This document shows positions 17,490 to 27,418 of a DNA stretch of 64,000 bases, one piece after another. The stretch comes from an uncultured virus (IMG/VR IMGVR_UViG_3300027736_000023) (taxonomy: Duplodnaviria; Heunggongvirae; Uroviricota; Caudoviricetes), in the IMG/VR virus record IMGVR_UViG_3300027736_000023; one strand, written 5' to 3'. A program made the translations under genes and the position numbers. The notes under the pieces are model-generated. The model was given only the letters and a program-made list of their open reading frames with translations. It made no database searches and had not been told where the DNA came from. Numbering within the stretch: position 1 is the first letter of the stretch; each line of letters starts with the position of its first letter.

Positions 17490-17796
17490 GAGACGGGCTG
17501 TCTTTAATAAAATAGTTAAAGAATATAAAGATGCAACCGTCCATGAAATATGGGAAGGGGTTCGTGATAATTTTATATTTGGATTAATTGGGGCAACCTT
17601 AGTTGTTTTTATTGCAACTCGGGCAGACCTGGCTGTTTTAATTGGCTATATTAGTTACTATTTTTTCATGGGTAAAATTGTAAACCGACCTAAATACGTA
17701 ACTGACCTTGGCAAATTAGTGGTATTTCCTATACCTTCTGCGCTTGGCGCATTTGTTGGTTATAAATTATCTTACTGGCTAATGCAATTTATTTAA
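17482..17796 (+). CDS. membrane protein
   Basis: 104 aa with about 3 hydrophobic segments. Confidence 0.75.
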   Translation: MNKRRAVFNKIVKEYKDATVHEIWEGVRDNFIFGLIGATLVVFIATRADLAVLIGYISYYFFMGKIVNRPKYVTDLGKLVVFPIPSALGAFVGYKLSYWLMQFI

Positions 17797-17805
17797 CCGG
17801 TATCG

Positions 17806-17814
17806 GATAAATAA
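17806..17814 (+). promoter_or_regulatory. putative late promoter GATAAATAA
   Basis: Recurrent ATAAATAA box upstream of virion-like genes. Confidence 0.55.
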
Positions 17815-17831
17815 TAATAAATTTAAATAGT

Positions 17832-18326
17832 ATGGCAGGAGCAGGAAATATTACCGACTTTGCAATTTGTATTGATAGAAATACTGTAATTGGAACTTTA
17901 CCAACTGGTACAGTTAGAGCAAACACCACCGGTGAATCTCAAAAAATAGTTATCGGAAAGGCGGCAAGCATGGCTGGGCCATTTTGTAATGGAATTGATG
18001 CAGGTGGAGAGATTGGAATTTTACCGTTCTTTGCCCTACCGGCCGGTACTAATTTTAGTGGACAATTTGTGATAATCGGTAGAAATGGCTCAGTGCCTAC
18101 CTATTGGGGTTGTACTGATGTTACTGAACTTGTTGCACAGTGTACAGCGTTAAACGGTGGATCCAATGAGTATTCGATTGTTGCAGAGCCTTATACCGGT
18201 TATTTGGATGCTCAAGGCGGTGATTCTGCCGCTAAAATTGCTAGTTGTAAACTATTTTTAGATACTAATGGCTATGCACTAAGTAATAGTGCAGGCAATA
18301 GTTTTTTAGCTAGTTATTTTCCATAA
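17832..18326 (+). CDS. putative virion accessory protein
   Basis: G/A/T-rich; shares motifs with the N-terminus of 18343. Confidence 0.55.
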   Translation: MAGAGNITDFAICIDRNTVIGTLPTGTVRANTTGESQKIVIGKAASMAGPFCNGIDAGGEIGILPFFALPAGTNFSGQFVIIGRNGSVPTYWGCTDVTELVAQCTALNGGSNEYSIVAEPYTGYLDAQGGDSAAKIASCKLFLDTNGYALSNSAGNSFLASYFP

Positions 18327-18342
18327 TTTATTATAACCTTAA

Positions 18343-19257
18343 ATGGCAACAGCTCGACCGTTTGCAATAAACCTTGGCGGACCAATAAGTGGAACAACTC
18401 AAGTTGGAAATATCGCAATAGGCACTAATCCTCTTAACTATGCAAATTTAGGCGGAGCAACTTGGTATATGGGACCAGATGAAGATCTTGGCTATATTAT
18501 TGCTGCTCAAAATGGAGCTGATCCTACTTTTTGGAGATCAACATTAAAGACTGAGGCTAGTTTTATACAAATTGTTAACTTACTGCCAGCAAGACAAGGC
18601 TTAACCGCATTCACCAATTCATTTGCTGCACAGGCCTGGTTGACTGCAAACGGTTATGCAACTCCGAATTTTAATTTTACAACCACAACTACCTCAACCT
18701 CTACCACTTCTACTACATCAACCACTTCTACCTCGTCTACTACATCAACCACAACCGCTGGATATAGTGCAGGTCTCTATAAACGAACCTATTCTGGCTA
18801 TTTTGCAGATAATGTTAGTTTCTTTGCAACAGCAACACAACAGACATTTGGTGCTAATCCAGGGGCATCAGTTCAGACGACTGCAATCTCTGAACCGGGT
18901 ACAGACGATGGATCTACCTTTAGTTGCCAATGGTTAGGCTATTTTAAACCAGCGAGTACTGAAACCTATACATTCTATACATCAAGTGATGATGCCTCGT
19001 ATATGTGGATTGGTGCAAATGCCGTAACTGGTTTTACAACGGGCAATGCAACAGTTAATAATGGTGGACTACACGGAACTCTAGAAAGATCAGGAACCGC
19101 AGCCTTAACATCAGGTACTTATTATCCTGTCCGAATACAATTTGGGGAGCAAGGCGGTGGCGATGTTTTAACTTTTAACTACTCAACTCCAAATATTGCT
19201 AAAACCACTAATGTTACTGGGTTAGTTTTTTATAATGCTGCAACTACTGGTCACTAA
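18343..19257 (+). CDS. PA14/GLEYA carbohydrate-binding domain protein with Thr/Ser linker
   Basis: WLGYFKP...YTFYTSSDDASYMWIG...YYPVRIQFGEQGGG; ~28 residue T/S tract. Confidence 0.85.
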   Translation: MATARPFAINLGGPISGTTQVGNIAIGTNPLNYANLGGATWYMGPDEDLGYIIAAQNGADPTFWRSTLKTEASFIQIVNLLPARQGLTAFTNSFAAQAWLTANGYATPNFNFTTTTTSTSTTSTTSTTSTSSTTSTTTAGYSAGLYKRTYSGYFADNVSFFATATQQTFGANPGASVQTTAISEPGTDDGSTFSCQWLGYFKPASTETYTFYTSSDDASYMWIGANAVTGFTTGNATVNNGGLHGTLERSGTAALTSGTYYPVRIQFGEQGGGDVLTFNYSTPNIAKTTNVTGLVFYNAATTGH

Positions 19258-19262
19258 CCGGT

Positions 19263-19291
19263 AAACCACTCTTGATTTTTTTTAGTATATT
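19263..19291 (+). promoter_or_regulatory. putative promoter AAAC-N17-AGTATATT
   Basis: Variant of the recurrent motif. Confidence 0.5.
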
Positions 19292-19314
19292 AACCTAAAC
19301 TAAAATTAATAAAT

Positions 19315-19638
19315 ATGAATAGAACAGTTGTAATAGACACTTTAATTAATAAATTAAAGTCTTTTGTAAAAACAGTTAGTAGTATATTAACCATTGCCCT
19401 TGCCATGCTGGCCGGTTTTTTTATTGGGTATTATTATTGGATTATGATTGCGGCCAAGAAGGAGTCGCCACTTAATCATACGCGACACTTATCAACTACT
19501 TCAATTGCAATCAATGAGCGTAATGAATTACTAATTATTGATAGGGCAAATGGTGTATACAGTGTATATCAAGACTCAATTGGTATTGCTATTTTTAATA
19601 TGTATGCAAATACTAAATACGAACAAACAATTAAATAA
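19315..19638 (+). CDS. membrane-anchored hypothetical protein
   Basis: N-terminal TM helix; precedes the transglycosylase. Confidence 0.75.
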   Translation: MNRTVVIDTLINKLKSFVKTVSSILTIALAMLAGFFIGYYYWIMIAAKKESPLNHTRHLSTTSIAINERNELLIIDRANGVYSVYQDSIGIAIFNMYANTKYEQTIK

Positions 19639-19639
19639 T

Positions 19640-20146
19640 ATGAAATTAAATAGCATTATTATTATTGCTAGTATCACTATTATTAGCTCAGCGTGGTCAT
19701 ACTGTAACTTAACCGTGCCTAATGAAACTCTAGATTTAACCGGCGTAGACCTTAAAAAAGCTCCACCGTGTATACAGTTGCATGAGCATATTAAAGTATA
19801 TTCAAAACAGTATGGAGTTCCTCTAGCTATTGCACTGGGTGTGGCTAAGGCAGAAAGCGGCTATACTGGACCATTTCATTGGGCCTATAATCCAAAATTA
19901 ACCTCCTCAGCCAGTGCATATGGGGCAATGCAAATACAGGTACCAACTGCAAGCTATATATGGGGTAAAAAGGTTACCTCAAAACAGTTACTAACTGACC
20001 TAGACCTGAATGTACATATTTCAATGAAGTTGCTCGCACTATTACATAAAAAGTATGGAGACTGGGGACTTGCGCTTGGTGCATATAATACCGGCAGACC
20101 GGTAGTTAATGGATATGCAATTAAAATATTAAATAAAAATTCATAA
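19640..20146 (+). CDS. lytic transglycosylase (SLT domain) with signal peptide
   Basis: AES, AYGAMQI, ALGAYNTG; likely start MKLNSIII at 19640. Confidence 0.88.
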   Translation: MKLNSIIIIASITIISSAWSYCNLTVPNETLDLTGVDLKKAPPCIQLHEHIKVYSKQYGVPLAIALGVAKAESGYTGPFHWAYNPKLTSSASAYGAMQIQVPTASYIWGKKVTSKQLLTDLDLNVHISMKLLALLHKKYGDWGLALGAYNTGRPVVNGYAIKILNKNS

Positions 20147-20147
20147 T

Positions 20148-20396
20148 ATGGCAGACTTTTGTAATAAGTGTAGTACCGAAATAGCCGGAGACACCGGTGG
20201 AGCAGAGATTGATATTTTAAAACTATCTGAATCTCTTGCGCCTGATACGTATATACCAGTTCTATGTGAAGGCTGTGGTATGCGAGCGGTTGGTAAAACA
20301 GAGACTGGCGAAATACTAATTGCATTTAATGTAAATGAAATAGAAACAGGTTATGAAGTCCACTGGATTTCATATGCCGACTGGGCTAAAGCCTAA
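20148..20396 (+). CDS. small Cys-rich (zinc-binding) protein
   Basis: MADFCNKC...LCEGCG. Confidence 0.75.
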   Translation: MADFCNKCSTEIAGDTGGAEIDILKLSESLAPDTYIPVLCEGCGMRAVGKTETGEILIAFNVNEIETGYEVHWISYADWAKA

Positions 20397-20406
20397 AATA
20401 TAATTT

Positions 20407-20485
20407 GCTCCATTGGCGGAATTGGTTAGACGCGCTAGCCTTAGGAGCTAGTCTTCGGGTGCAGGTTCGAGTCCTGCATGGAGTA
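20407..20485 (+). tRNA. tRNA-Leu(TAG)
   Basis: GCTCCAT/ATGGAGT acceptor, CTAGC-CTTAGGA-GCTAG anticodon arm, short TTCG variable arm, GCAGG-TTCGAGT-CCTGC T arm. Confidence 0.92.
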
Positions 20486-20498
20486 CTAAATATAATTA

Positions 20499-22235
20499 AT
20501 GAGTAAATTACAATCCGAGTTTGAACAATTTGTATTGGGTAAACACCCAAATTTCAAGTTTAGGCCTCAACAAAAAGAGGCCGTGCTGGCTATTATAGAG
20601 GCATATGACTCTGATCCAAATGGAATTTTTTTACTAGACTGCCCAACCGGCGGAGGTAAAAGTATTATTGCAATGTTATTTGCAGACTTTATCTCGTTTA
20701 AAGGTAACCGGGGTTATATCCTTGCATCAGACCTTGCACTACATGAACAGTACGTTAAAGACTTCAGAAATATGCAACTCTGGAATTGGGGTAATATTAA
20801 AGGTGTTGATAACTACGAGTGCTCAGTTAATGGAGAAAGATTTTCAATTGGTGACTGTAAAAGTAAAGGCCTATCATATGATGCAGCCGAGGCACTACCG
20901 TGTTTTAAACACTGTGGCTACTTAACTGCCAGAAAAAAATCCATTAAGTCACCAGTTACTCTATTAACCTATCCGTATGCTCTTATTCAAAGAAATTATG
21001 TAGATAACCCGACAGCTGGTAAAACCAAAGCTCCACCGTTTCCAAAAAGAGATTTTGTAATATGTGATGAGTCTCATAAATTATTAGATATTGTACAGAG
21101 CCATTTTAGCCCAAATGTATCAACTGATATCCTTAAAAAGGTTGAAAAATTAATGGAGAGTTTAACTGATTTTGGATTTAAAATTCCAAGTATCAATACT
21201 GACCTACTTAAAAAGTCAATTGAAAATATCTATACTGAAGAAGAGAATTCAATTTTATTAAAAAATCTACAACAAATAACCAAGATACTTGGAGAATTAA
21301 CCAAGTCAACCTCTGATATTAGGGAATATGCAGGCAAGGAATTTGAAGAGGGGTCAGTGCCTAAAGAGTGGTTGGCTATTTTTAATTTAACCGACTGGTT
21401 AAAAGATACTCACTGTAAATTAGAAGACTATTGCGAAATTATCAAAAAAACTGGTTTGGAAAAAATGGTTAAAAATCCAGGCGAAAATTCAATTGTTTTT
21501 AACTGCATTGACGAGTACTATTTATTGCATAGACATTTTTTTAATAAATTTGGATTTAAAGTATTAATGACTGCCACCATGGGTAATACCAAAGAGTTTA
21601 TGCATAATCATGGCATTAAAAATGCAAGCTATTTTAAAATAGACTCTAACTTTAATTGGGATAAATCGCCTATTATTTTTTATCCAGGTAAAAAGTTATC
21701 AGCCAGATTTGTTAATGATAATTTAGAATGGGCTGCAGCAACAGTTACCAATATCTTAAAACTACACGCTGGTGAGTCTGGTATTATTCATACGGGTTCA
21801 TATGAATTGGGCCAAAAGCTATGGAAGGCACTACCAAAAGAGAGTAAGAAACGGGTACTGTTATATAAAGGCTCAGAAGAAAAAGAAAAGGTATTAAAGA
21901 AGATGAAGAAGACCAAAGGCTTTGCAATAATGGGGCCAAGTCTATTAGAAGGACTAAATTTAGTAGATGATCTTTCTAGATTTCAAATATTTTTAAAGGT
22001 ACCATATCCTCATTTAGGCGATAAATTCGTAGCGGCTAAACTTAAATATTCACAAGCCTGGTACACCTGGAAAACTGCAATCCATATATTGCAAGGAGTG
22101 GGTCGATCAATTCGTACCCCAGAGGACTGGGCTGTGACCTATTTAATCGATGGTTGTTTTGCTGACCTGTTTAAGAGTGCCGGCACACAATTTCCACCAG
22201 AGTTCAGGTCTAGAGTTAAGGTTGAGTATAAATAA
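20499..22235 (+). CDS. DinG/XPD-family SF2 helicase
   Basis: Q motif FRPQQ, PTGGGKS, four Cys (possible Fe-S), DESH, TAT, KVPYP, QGVGRSIRTPEDWA. Confidence 0.88.
   Translation: MSKLQSEFEQFVLGKHPNFKFRPQQKEAVLAIIEAYDSDPNGIFLLDCPTGGGKSIIAMLFADFISFKGNRGYILASDLALHEQYVKDFRNMQLWNWGNIKGVDNYECSVNGERFSIGDCKSKGLSYDAAEALPCFKHCGYLTARKKSIKSPVTLLTYPYALIQRNYVDNPTAGKTKAPPFPKRDFVICDESHKLLDIVQSHFSPNVSTDILKKVEKLMESLTDFGFKIPSINTDLLKKSIENIYTEEENSILLKNLQQITKILGELTKSTSDIREYAGKEFEEGSVPKEWLAIFNLTDWLKDTHCKLEDYCEIIKKTGLEKMVKNPGENSIVFNCIDEYYLLHRHFFNKFGFKVLMTATMGNTKEFMHNHGIKNASYFKIDSNFNWDKSPIIFYPGKKLSARFVNDNLEWAAATVTNILKLHAGESGIIHTGSYELGQKLWKALPKESKKRVLLYKGSEEKEKVLKKMKKTKGFAIMGPSLLEGLNLVDDLSRFQIFLKVPYPHLGDKFVAAKLKYSQAWYTWKTAIHILQGVGRSIRTPEDWAVTYLIDGCFADLFKSAGTQFPPEFRSRVKVEYK
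22227..22235 (+). promoter_or_regulatory. putative late promoter TATAAATAA
   Basis: Exact T4 late consensus upstream of a run of motif-bearing proteins. Confidence 0.6.
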
Positions 22236-22257
22236 CCTAAAATAACTTTAACCAATC

Positions 22258-22629
22258 ATGACGTATATTCCTGGGTTTAAAGGCTTTAGCCTAATTACTG
22301 AAAAGATTGATAGCGAAACTTTTGAAAAATTTGTAAGTAACCGACTCGCTGGAGCAATTAAGATTGCTGATGCGACAAAAGCAAAAGGTGGAGACTCTTT
22401 ACTAACATATCAGCACTATAAAGTTAAGTTACCCTATTATAAAAAAGCTGCGGCTGGTAAATTTAATATTGACGAAGCTAAAGCTGAACTAAAAAAATTA
22501 CACACAGAGCTTCACTCAATCATTGATAAATTTGAGGCAAAGGGTCAAAATCCATTTCAACAAGTAATGGGCAAGATTGAAGTAGTTGGTGAATTAATTA
22601 TTAAACACAATGAACTTACAAAGATTTAA
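22258..22629 (+). CDS. hypothetical protein (putative internal head protein)
   Basis: N-terminal IPGFKGFSLITE motif. Confidence 0.7.
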   Translation: MTYIPGFKGFSLITEKIDSETFEKFVSNRLAGAIKIADATKAKGGDSLLTYQHYKVKLPYYKKAAAGKFNIDEAKAELKKLHTELHSIIDKFEAKGQNPFQQVMGKIEVVGELIIKHNELTKI

Positions 22630-23533
22630 TGAATTTATTTTAGAGGCACTGGACCGTACCGAGCACTATGAGACCAGAGTAGATGAAAGAATTTACAATT
22701 TAAGAACGGTTAAGCTTGCCACACGGGTTGAATCCTATATTCATACACTAGGATTAGATGCAGTAGATATTAAAAAGTCAATTATTGATAAAATATCTAA
22801 TGAATTTAAAATAATAAACACTAGGCTTGAAAAAACAGTTTTTTCACCAGGGCATAAAGTGGTACCAATGCTAGAAACCTTTATTAAAACTGATACTGGA
22901 ACCTATCCAGTTAATATGACGGTTTACTCAAATACATATGATTCAAACGGGGTAAAAACCGGAGAAAAATCATATTCTGGAGAAATATTATATGGATATA
23001 TTTCAAACCAGGCCTTAACTACTGTAAAAGTATGGCCGCACGGTACGGAACTTAATGATATTGAAAAAAATGCAAAGGATCACTTGCGTAGAGAATCAAG
23101 ACGTGATGATGTTACAGTATTTGAAATAGATGAATCAACTATTTATAAAATATTTGAAATTGACTCAACTGGCGAGCTTAATCCGGTTGACTTTGGTTTA
23201 AAAAATAGAGGTTATATCGCAAATGCAAATCAACAATACATATTGTCGCCAGGCCGAAAATTAAAGGTATGGATTCCATTTAAACAGGCATTTGTTGAGG
23301 TAAAGATTATAGAAATTTTAAATGAAGAAACGTTTAAGGACGATAGATTTATTAAATTATCAATATTATCAGCAGATAATACTAAATTAGTAAAAACTTT
23401 AAAACCAGGTGATACTGTTGAATTACCGATTGGCGCAAATAATACATGGGTTACTACTAAAATATCAGATTCACTATACATATACGATAAGAGGTTGGAG
23501 TATCCAATTTCACTAAACGTTACAACCATTTAA
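22610..23533 (+). CDS. hypothetical protein (putative internal head protein)
   Basis: N-terminal LQRFNEFILE motif. Confidence 0.7.
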   Translation: MNLQRFNEFILEALDRTEHYETRVDERIYNLRTVKLATRVESYIHTLGLDAVDIKKSIIDKISNEFKIINTRLEKTVFSPGHKVVPMLETFIKTDTGTYPVNMTVYSNTYDSNGVKTGEKSYSGEILYGYISNQALTTVKVWPHGTELNDIEKNAKDHLRRESRRDDVTVFEIDESTIYKIFEIDSTGELNPVDFGLKNRGYIANANQQYILSPGRKLKVWIPFKQAFVEVKIIEILNEETFKDDRFIKLSILSADNTKLVKTLKPGDTVELPIGANNTWVTTKISDSLYIYDKRLEYPISLNVTTI

Positions 23534-24090
23534 TGAAATATCTAAAGAAATATACCGTATTTGAAAATTATCATCTTGATGAAGACTGGTTTGATGTTGA
23601 ATCTCGATGGCATGACTCATATGGTTATGATTTATCTTATTTAAAACAAGTAAAGAAAAAGGTAGAAAATTGGGAATTTTCAACACTATCAAATAGCGAA
23701 ATTTCAAAAATCATAGACAGTGAGCTGGTTGAGATTGGAGTAGTTGATATAGAGACCTTATTAAATGGTCCACATGCTGAAGCCAATACAATAAGGGTTA
23801 AGTCAATAACTGGAACAATGGATGAAGAGTATTCTGATTTTCAAATAGACTTTTCAAACGGTGACTATATTGATGCTGATATCTTTTTAACGAGTGGACC
23901 TGATGTGCGTAAGGATTATGCTAATGTTAAAGCAAATATTCTTGGAGGAAAATTAATAACTTTTCCAAATTTGATTGATGAATATAATATGTTATTAGAG
24001 AGTTATAGTGATCCAATTATTTCACAGCTTGAATTATATAAAAAACTGGTAATTACTTCAATCAAGTCAAGGTTAACAGCCCAGCGCTAG
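23533..24090 (+). CDS. hypothetical protein (putative internal head protein)
   Basis: N-terminal MKYLKKYTVFENYHLDE. Confidence 0.7.
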   Translation: MKYLKKYTVFENYHLDEDWFDVESRWHDSYGYDLSYLKQVKKKVENWEFSTLSNSEISKIIDSELVEIGVVDIETLLNGPHAEANTIRVKSITGTMDEEYSDFQIDFSNGDYIDADIFLTSGPDVRKDYANVKANILGGKLITFPNLIDEYNMLLESYSDPIISQLELYKKLVITSIKSRLTAQR

Positions 24091-24092
24091 TA

Positions 24093-24120
24093 AAACCTTA
24101 AATTTTAAATACAGTATAAA
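24093..24120 (+). promoter_or_regulatory. putative promoter AAAC-N16-AGTATAAA
   Basis: Variant of the recurrent motif. Confidence 0.5.
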
Positions 24121-24199
24121 ATATTGGAATATAGAGCGCTTGCTCTGGATGTCTTGGGCTTAAGAGCCTTTGAGTAATCATAAAAGGTTATAAAAAGAT

Positions 24200-24946
24200 A
24201 TGCAAAATAATAAACAAGCTATGTACCAACAGACAAATACACTAAATAGTGATACGATAATTACCTATTCAACCACAAGTCAAAAGCCTGAGGCCTGGAT
24301 TACAAAAAAACAGGGTAGATTAAAAGTATATGGGCCAAATGTCTTTTTAAAAGACGGAGCCTATTTTGAAATTGAATTATTTAATCCAACAAGTTCACGG
24401 GTATTGGCAAAAATTAAGGTTAATGGAATCTCTATTTCAAGCGGTGGAATTATTGTAGACCCAGGTCAAAGAGTCTATCTTGAAAGATTCATTGATGAAA
24501 ATTGTAAATTTAAGTTTTCAGTATATGAGGTTGAAGATATTGAGTCAGCAACCTATGCAATTAAAAATAATGGTAATATAAAGGTTGATTTTTATTCAGA
24601 ATTAACATATCATCAGCCTAATTTTCAAGGCCTTGCCTATCATCACTTAGCAACTTCAACCTATCCACATACAGTTCCATCCATAAACTGCTCTACCTCA
24701 ACCGGTACACCGGTTTTTGAAACCGGTAAAGTTGAAAAGGGTTTAAAATCTAACCAAACTTTAAAATCAGGTTATGGGACATTTAATGAATGGCCGTGTT
24801 CAGTATATCACTATAAGATTTTACCGGAAAGTCAAAAGACCGTAAAATATGGTGAAATTCGTAGTTATTGTACGGACTGTAGTACTCGAATTAAAAAAAG
24901 TACCTGGAAATTTTGCCCTAATTGTGGAACTTCTACAAATAACTAG
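24200..24946 (+). CDS. hypothetical protein with C-terminal zinc ribbon
   Basis: Beta-rich N-terminal domain; CTDC...WKFCPNCG. Confidence 0.75.
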   Translation: MQNNKQAMYQQTNTLNSDTIITYSTTSQKPEAWITKKQGRLKVYGPNVFLKDGAYFEIELFNPTSSRVLAKIKVNGISISSGGIIVDPGQRVYLERFIDENCKFKFSVYEVEDIESATYAIKNNGNIKVDFYSELTYHQPNFQGLAYHHLATSTYPHTVPSINCSTSTGTPVFETGKVEKGLKSNQTLKSGYGTFNEWPCSVYHYKILPESQKTVKYGEIRSYCTDCSTRIKKSTWKFCPNCGTSTNN

Positions 24947-24984
24947 TACTAAATAGATAAATAAACTAAATTATAAGTACGAAT

Positions 24985-25323
24985 ATGAATCATGAAGTAA
25001 ACAATACAGAATTAATGCCAATGGCTAATACTGGATTACACAATACCGCTGAACCAACAAATACTAAGCCTAAAAATATTCTTAGTTTTCAAGAATTTGT
25101 AGCTGGTGGAGCCTCTGATATTGAAAATTTACCGGTTCCGGCCCAACAAATGGATGGACCAACTAATCCTGGAATGGATTTAACATTTATGGATGAGCCA
25201 GCTACTCAAGATACTGAAACTGCACCTGAAGAGACTGCACCTGAAGAGACTGAGACTGAAGAAACTGAGACTGATAATACTGAAACTGAATCAGATAGTC
25301 AAAATATGGATCAACAAGTTTAA
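24985..25323 (+). CDS. acidic low-complexity protein
   Basis: ILSFQEF motif; TAPEE/TETE repeats; GATAAATAA box at 24956-24964. Confidence 0.7.
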   Translation: MNHEVNNTELMPMANTGLHNTAEPTNTKPKNILSFQEFVAGGASDIENLPVPAQQMDGPTNPGMDLTFMDEPATQDTETAPEETAPEETETEETETDNTETESDSQNMDQQV

Positions 25324-25351
25324 CTTATTAAATTTAAAAAGTTACTAATTT

Positions 25352-25750
25352 ATGCCACATACTAATCGTAACTCTGGAGTTAGTGTAGACGATATGATGA
25401 ATGAGATTATTGAGGCTCTTGATCTTATTAAAAATACATTACCTGCTAGTGAGATTCAATCAATAAAAGATCATCTTGAACTAATTGACTTAACTCAAGC
25501 TGATATTAAAGAAGACTTGCGATCAATTAAAAAGCAATTATTGGATCCAGAAGATGGTATTGTTGTCCGAGTTAATAAAAACACAGATTTTCGCAAAAAG
25601 AAAATTCAGGATGAACCGGTTTATAGCAAACTAATTGATGAACATAAAGAATTAATATCTTGGAAAGAGACTGCAACCCGAGTATTGTGGATTCTATTCA
25701 CAGCAGTAGTTGGAATTATTGTAACTCTATTATTCGGAAAACACAAATAA
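25352..25750 (+). CDS. coiled-coil protein with C-terminal TM helix
   Basis: Heptad-like region, then VLWILFTAVVGIIVTLLF. Confidence 0.7.
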   Translation: MPHTNRNSGVSVDDMMNEIIEALDLIKNTLPASEIQSIKDHLELIDLTQADIKEDLRSIKKQLLDPEDGIVVRVNKNTDFRKKKIQDEPVYSKLIDEHKELISWKETATRVLWILFTAVVGIIVTLLFGKHK

Positions 25751-25775
25751 TTATTTTTATTTAATATATTGTAAC

Positions 25776-26861
25776 ATGAAATACTTAAAAGCATACGACC
25801 AATTTAGACTTATTTTAGAGGCTGCTGAAAAAAAGGATAATACTATTCTTTATAGCCTTTCACGAGGTGGTGAAAAAACACTAATACTTTTACCAGGCGC
25901 TGGTAAAGATGGTGGACAAGGCAGAGATGATTTCAAATCATTGGCAAAATCATTAGGTAAAGACTTCTCTGTATATAGTGCAGACTTTAAAAATGAATTT
26001 AATGTAAGAGACTATGCTAAAAAAATCGCTAATGAGATAGAAGCAAATGATGCTATAAAACAATGTGCGGTCGGTGGATTCTCAATAGGCGGTGCAATCG
26101 CTTGGCACTTAGCTATGGCATTAAAAGCTATAGGATCAAAGAAGTTCAATAACCAATTGTTCTTTATTGATAGCGGTATACCTAATTCAACAGAAGAGTT
26201 TGCAGAAGGTATAGTTAAAGGCAATACTCCAAGACTAGCATTCGCAATTCCAGTTGGCTTGATAAAGAAAGCTAGATTAGGAATAGACCTTACTAAAGAA
26301 GAAGAAAAATCAGTTAAGAGTATATATACAGAAACCGAGTTGAAAGATTTCAAAGAAAAGAATAACGGAAACTACATAGAATATATGGGTAAAGATTTCC
26401 CACCTACTAATACTGATTTAGATTTAGCAGCCAAAGCAATAAATAAGAAAACTCCAGATAAGGTTTATGTAATAGAAGATAAGTATGACACGACCGACTT
26501 CGATAAAAGATATAATGTTATGCCAAAAGAAGTAGAAAGTATGACGTTTAAAGAAGGTGATGTTATCAATCTTAGAGCTTTTGTTGAAAAGGACACATTA
26601 AAGAAGGTAGGACTGGGTAGAGAAACACCAGGAGGAAAAATGCTATCTGCATTGAATGGTGTAGAAGTAATCTCTTTAATCGCAGGTAATAAAGAAGGTA
26701 AAGCTAGACCGGAAGAAGATATAGAAGCGGTAAAAAAAGAAGCTAAAGGATCTACTAAAGGTAAATCAAAGTCGATTGTCATATCTGGCACAGACCATGG
26801 TAATATAACTAAATCTCCAAACTTGGCTACAAATATATCATCAATCTTTACATCTTTATAA
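25776..26861 (+). CDS. alpha/beta-hydrolase (thioesterase-like)
   Basis: LLPGAG, nucleophile elbow GFSIGG, FFIDS, C-terminal DHG; N-terminal MKYLKAYDQFRLILE motif. Confidence 0.78.
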   Translation: MKYLKAYDQFRLILEAAEKKDNTILYSLSRGGEKTLILLPGAGKDGGQGRDDFKSLAKSLGKDFSVYSADFKNEFNVRDYAKKIANEIEANDAIKQCAVGGFSIGGAIAWHLAMALKAIGSKKFNNQLFFIDSGIPNSTEEFAEGIVKGNTPRLAFAIPVGLIKKARLGIDLTKEEEKSVKSIYTETELKDFKEKNNGNYIEYMGKDFPPTNTDLDLAAKAINKKTPDKVYVIEDKYDTTDFDKRYNVMPKEVESMTFKEGDVINLRAFVEKDTLKKVGLGRETPGGKMLSALNGVEVISLIAGNKEGKARPEEDIEAVKKEAKGSTKGKSKSIVISGTDHGNITKSPNLATNISSIFTSL

Positions 26862-26870
26862 TATCAGCTA

Positions 26871-26899
26871 AAACCATTTCACTTACTATATAGTATAAT
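26871..26899 (+). promoter_or_regulatory. putative promoter AAAC-N17-AGTATAAT
   Basis: Recurrent motif. Confidence 0.6.
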
Positions 26900-26921
26900 A
26901 TTAATAATAAAGTTAATTATT

Positions 26922-27197
26922 ATGAAATATTTACTACATAATGCTGGCACATACCTTTTTGTTATTTCAATTATATTGGTTAATATGTTAGTTTTATATT
27001 CAGAAGAACACTTAACTAAAACTACCGTATACGAAACGCGATATGTAATAGTTAGTAAATTTAGACAAAATCCAAAAAGTGTACACGAAGAAATTTCTCC
27101 AAAATGGAGAGCTATTTTATCAAATGGTGATACTGTTCCTTGTAATAAATACTCTGCACTAGGAGATACGGTTGTATATCAAATAGTTAAACACTAA
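26922..27197 (+). CDS. membrane-anchored hypothetical protein
   Basis: N-terminal hydrophobic helix. Confidence 0.65.
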   Translation: MKYLLHNAGTYLFVISIILVNMLVLYSEEHLTKTTVYETRYVIVSKFRQNPKSVHEEISPKWRAILSNGDTVPCNKYSALGDTVVYQIVKH

Positions 27198-27198
27198 A

Positions 27199-27402
27199 AT
27201 GGAAAAGACTACTCAAATTAGTATTTACGATGAATGTATTAAATTACATGCACTTAAATGGTTAGCAAACTACAAAGATCTAAACATAATAGAGTATATT
27301 GAATTACATGGAGGATCGATATTAACCTATTACATAGGTGAACTTGGTCCAAATCATATAATTAATGATATTAATAAACAAATAGAATCTGAACTTAATT
27401 AA
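27199..27402 (+). CDS. hypothetical protein
   Basis: 67 aa ORF in operon. Confidence 0.55.
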   Translation: MEKTTQISIYDECIKLHALKWLANYKDLNIIEYIELHGGSILTYYIGELGPNHIINDINKQIESELN

Positions 27403-27418
27403 TAAAAAAGTTTTTTTG

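Noticed and set aside
20407..20485. tRNA with anticodon TAG as an amber suppressor, or stop-codon recoding
   Set aside because: Anticodon TAG reads CUA (Leu); a suppressor would have CTA. Core genes are intact in the standard code and TAG ends several genes normally.
25215..25290. 15 bp tandem repeat ACTGCACCTGAAGAG
   Set aside because: Simply encodes an acidic low-complexity TAPEE/TETE tract.
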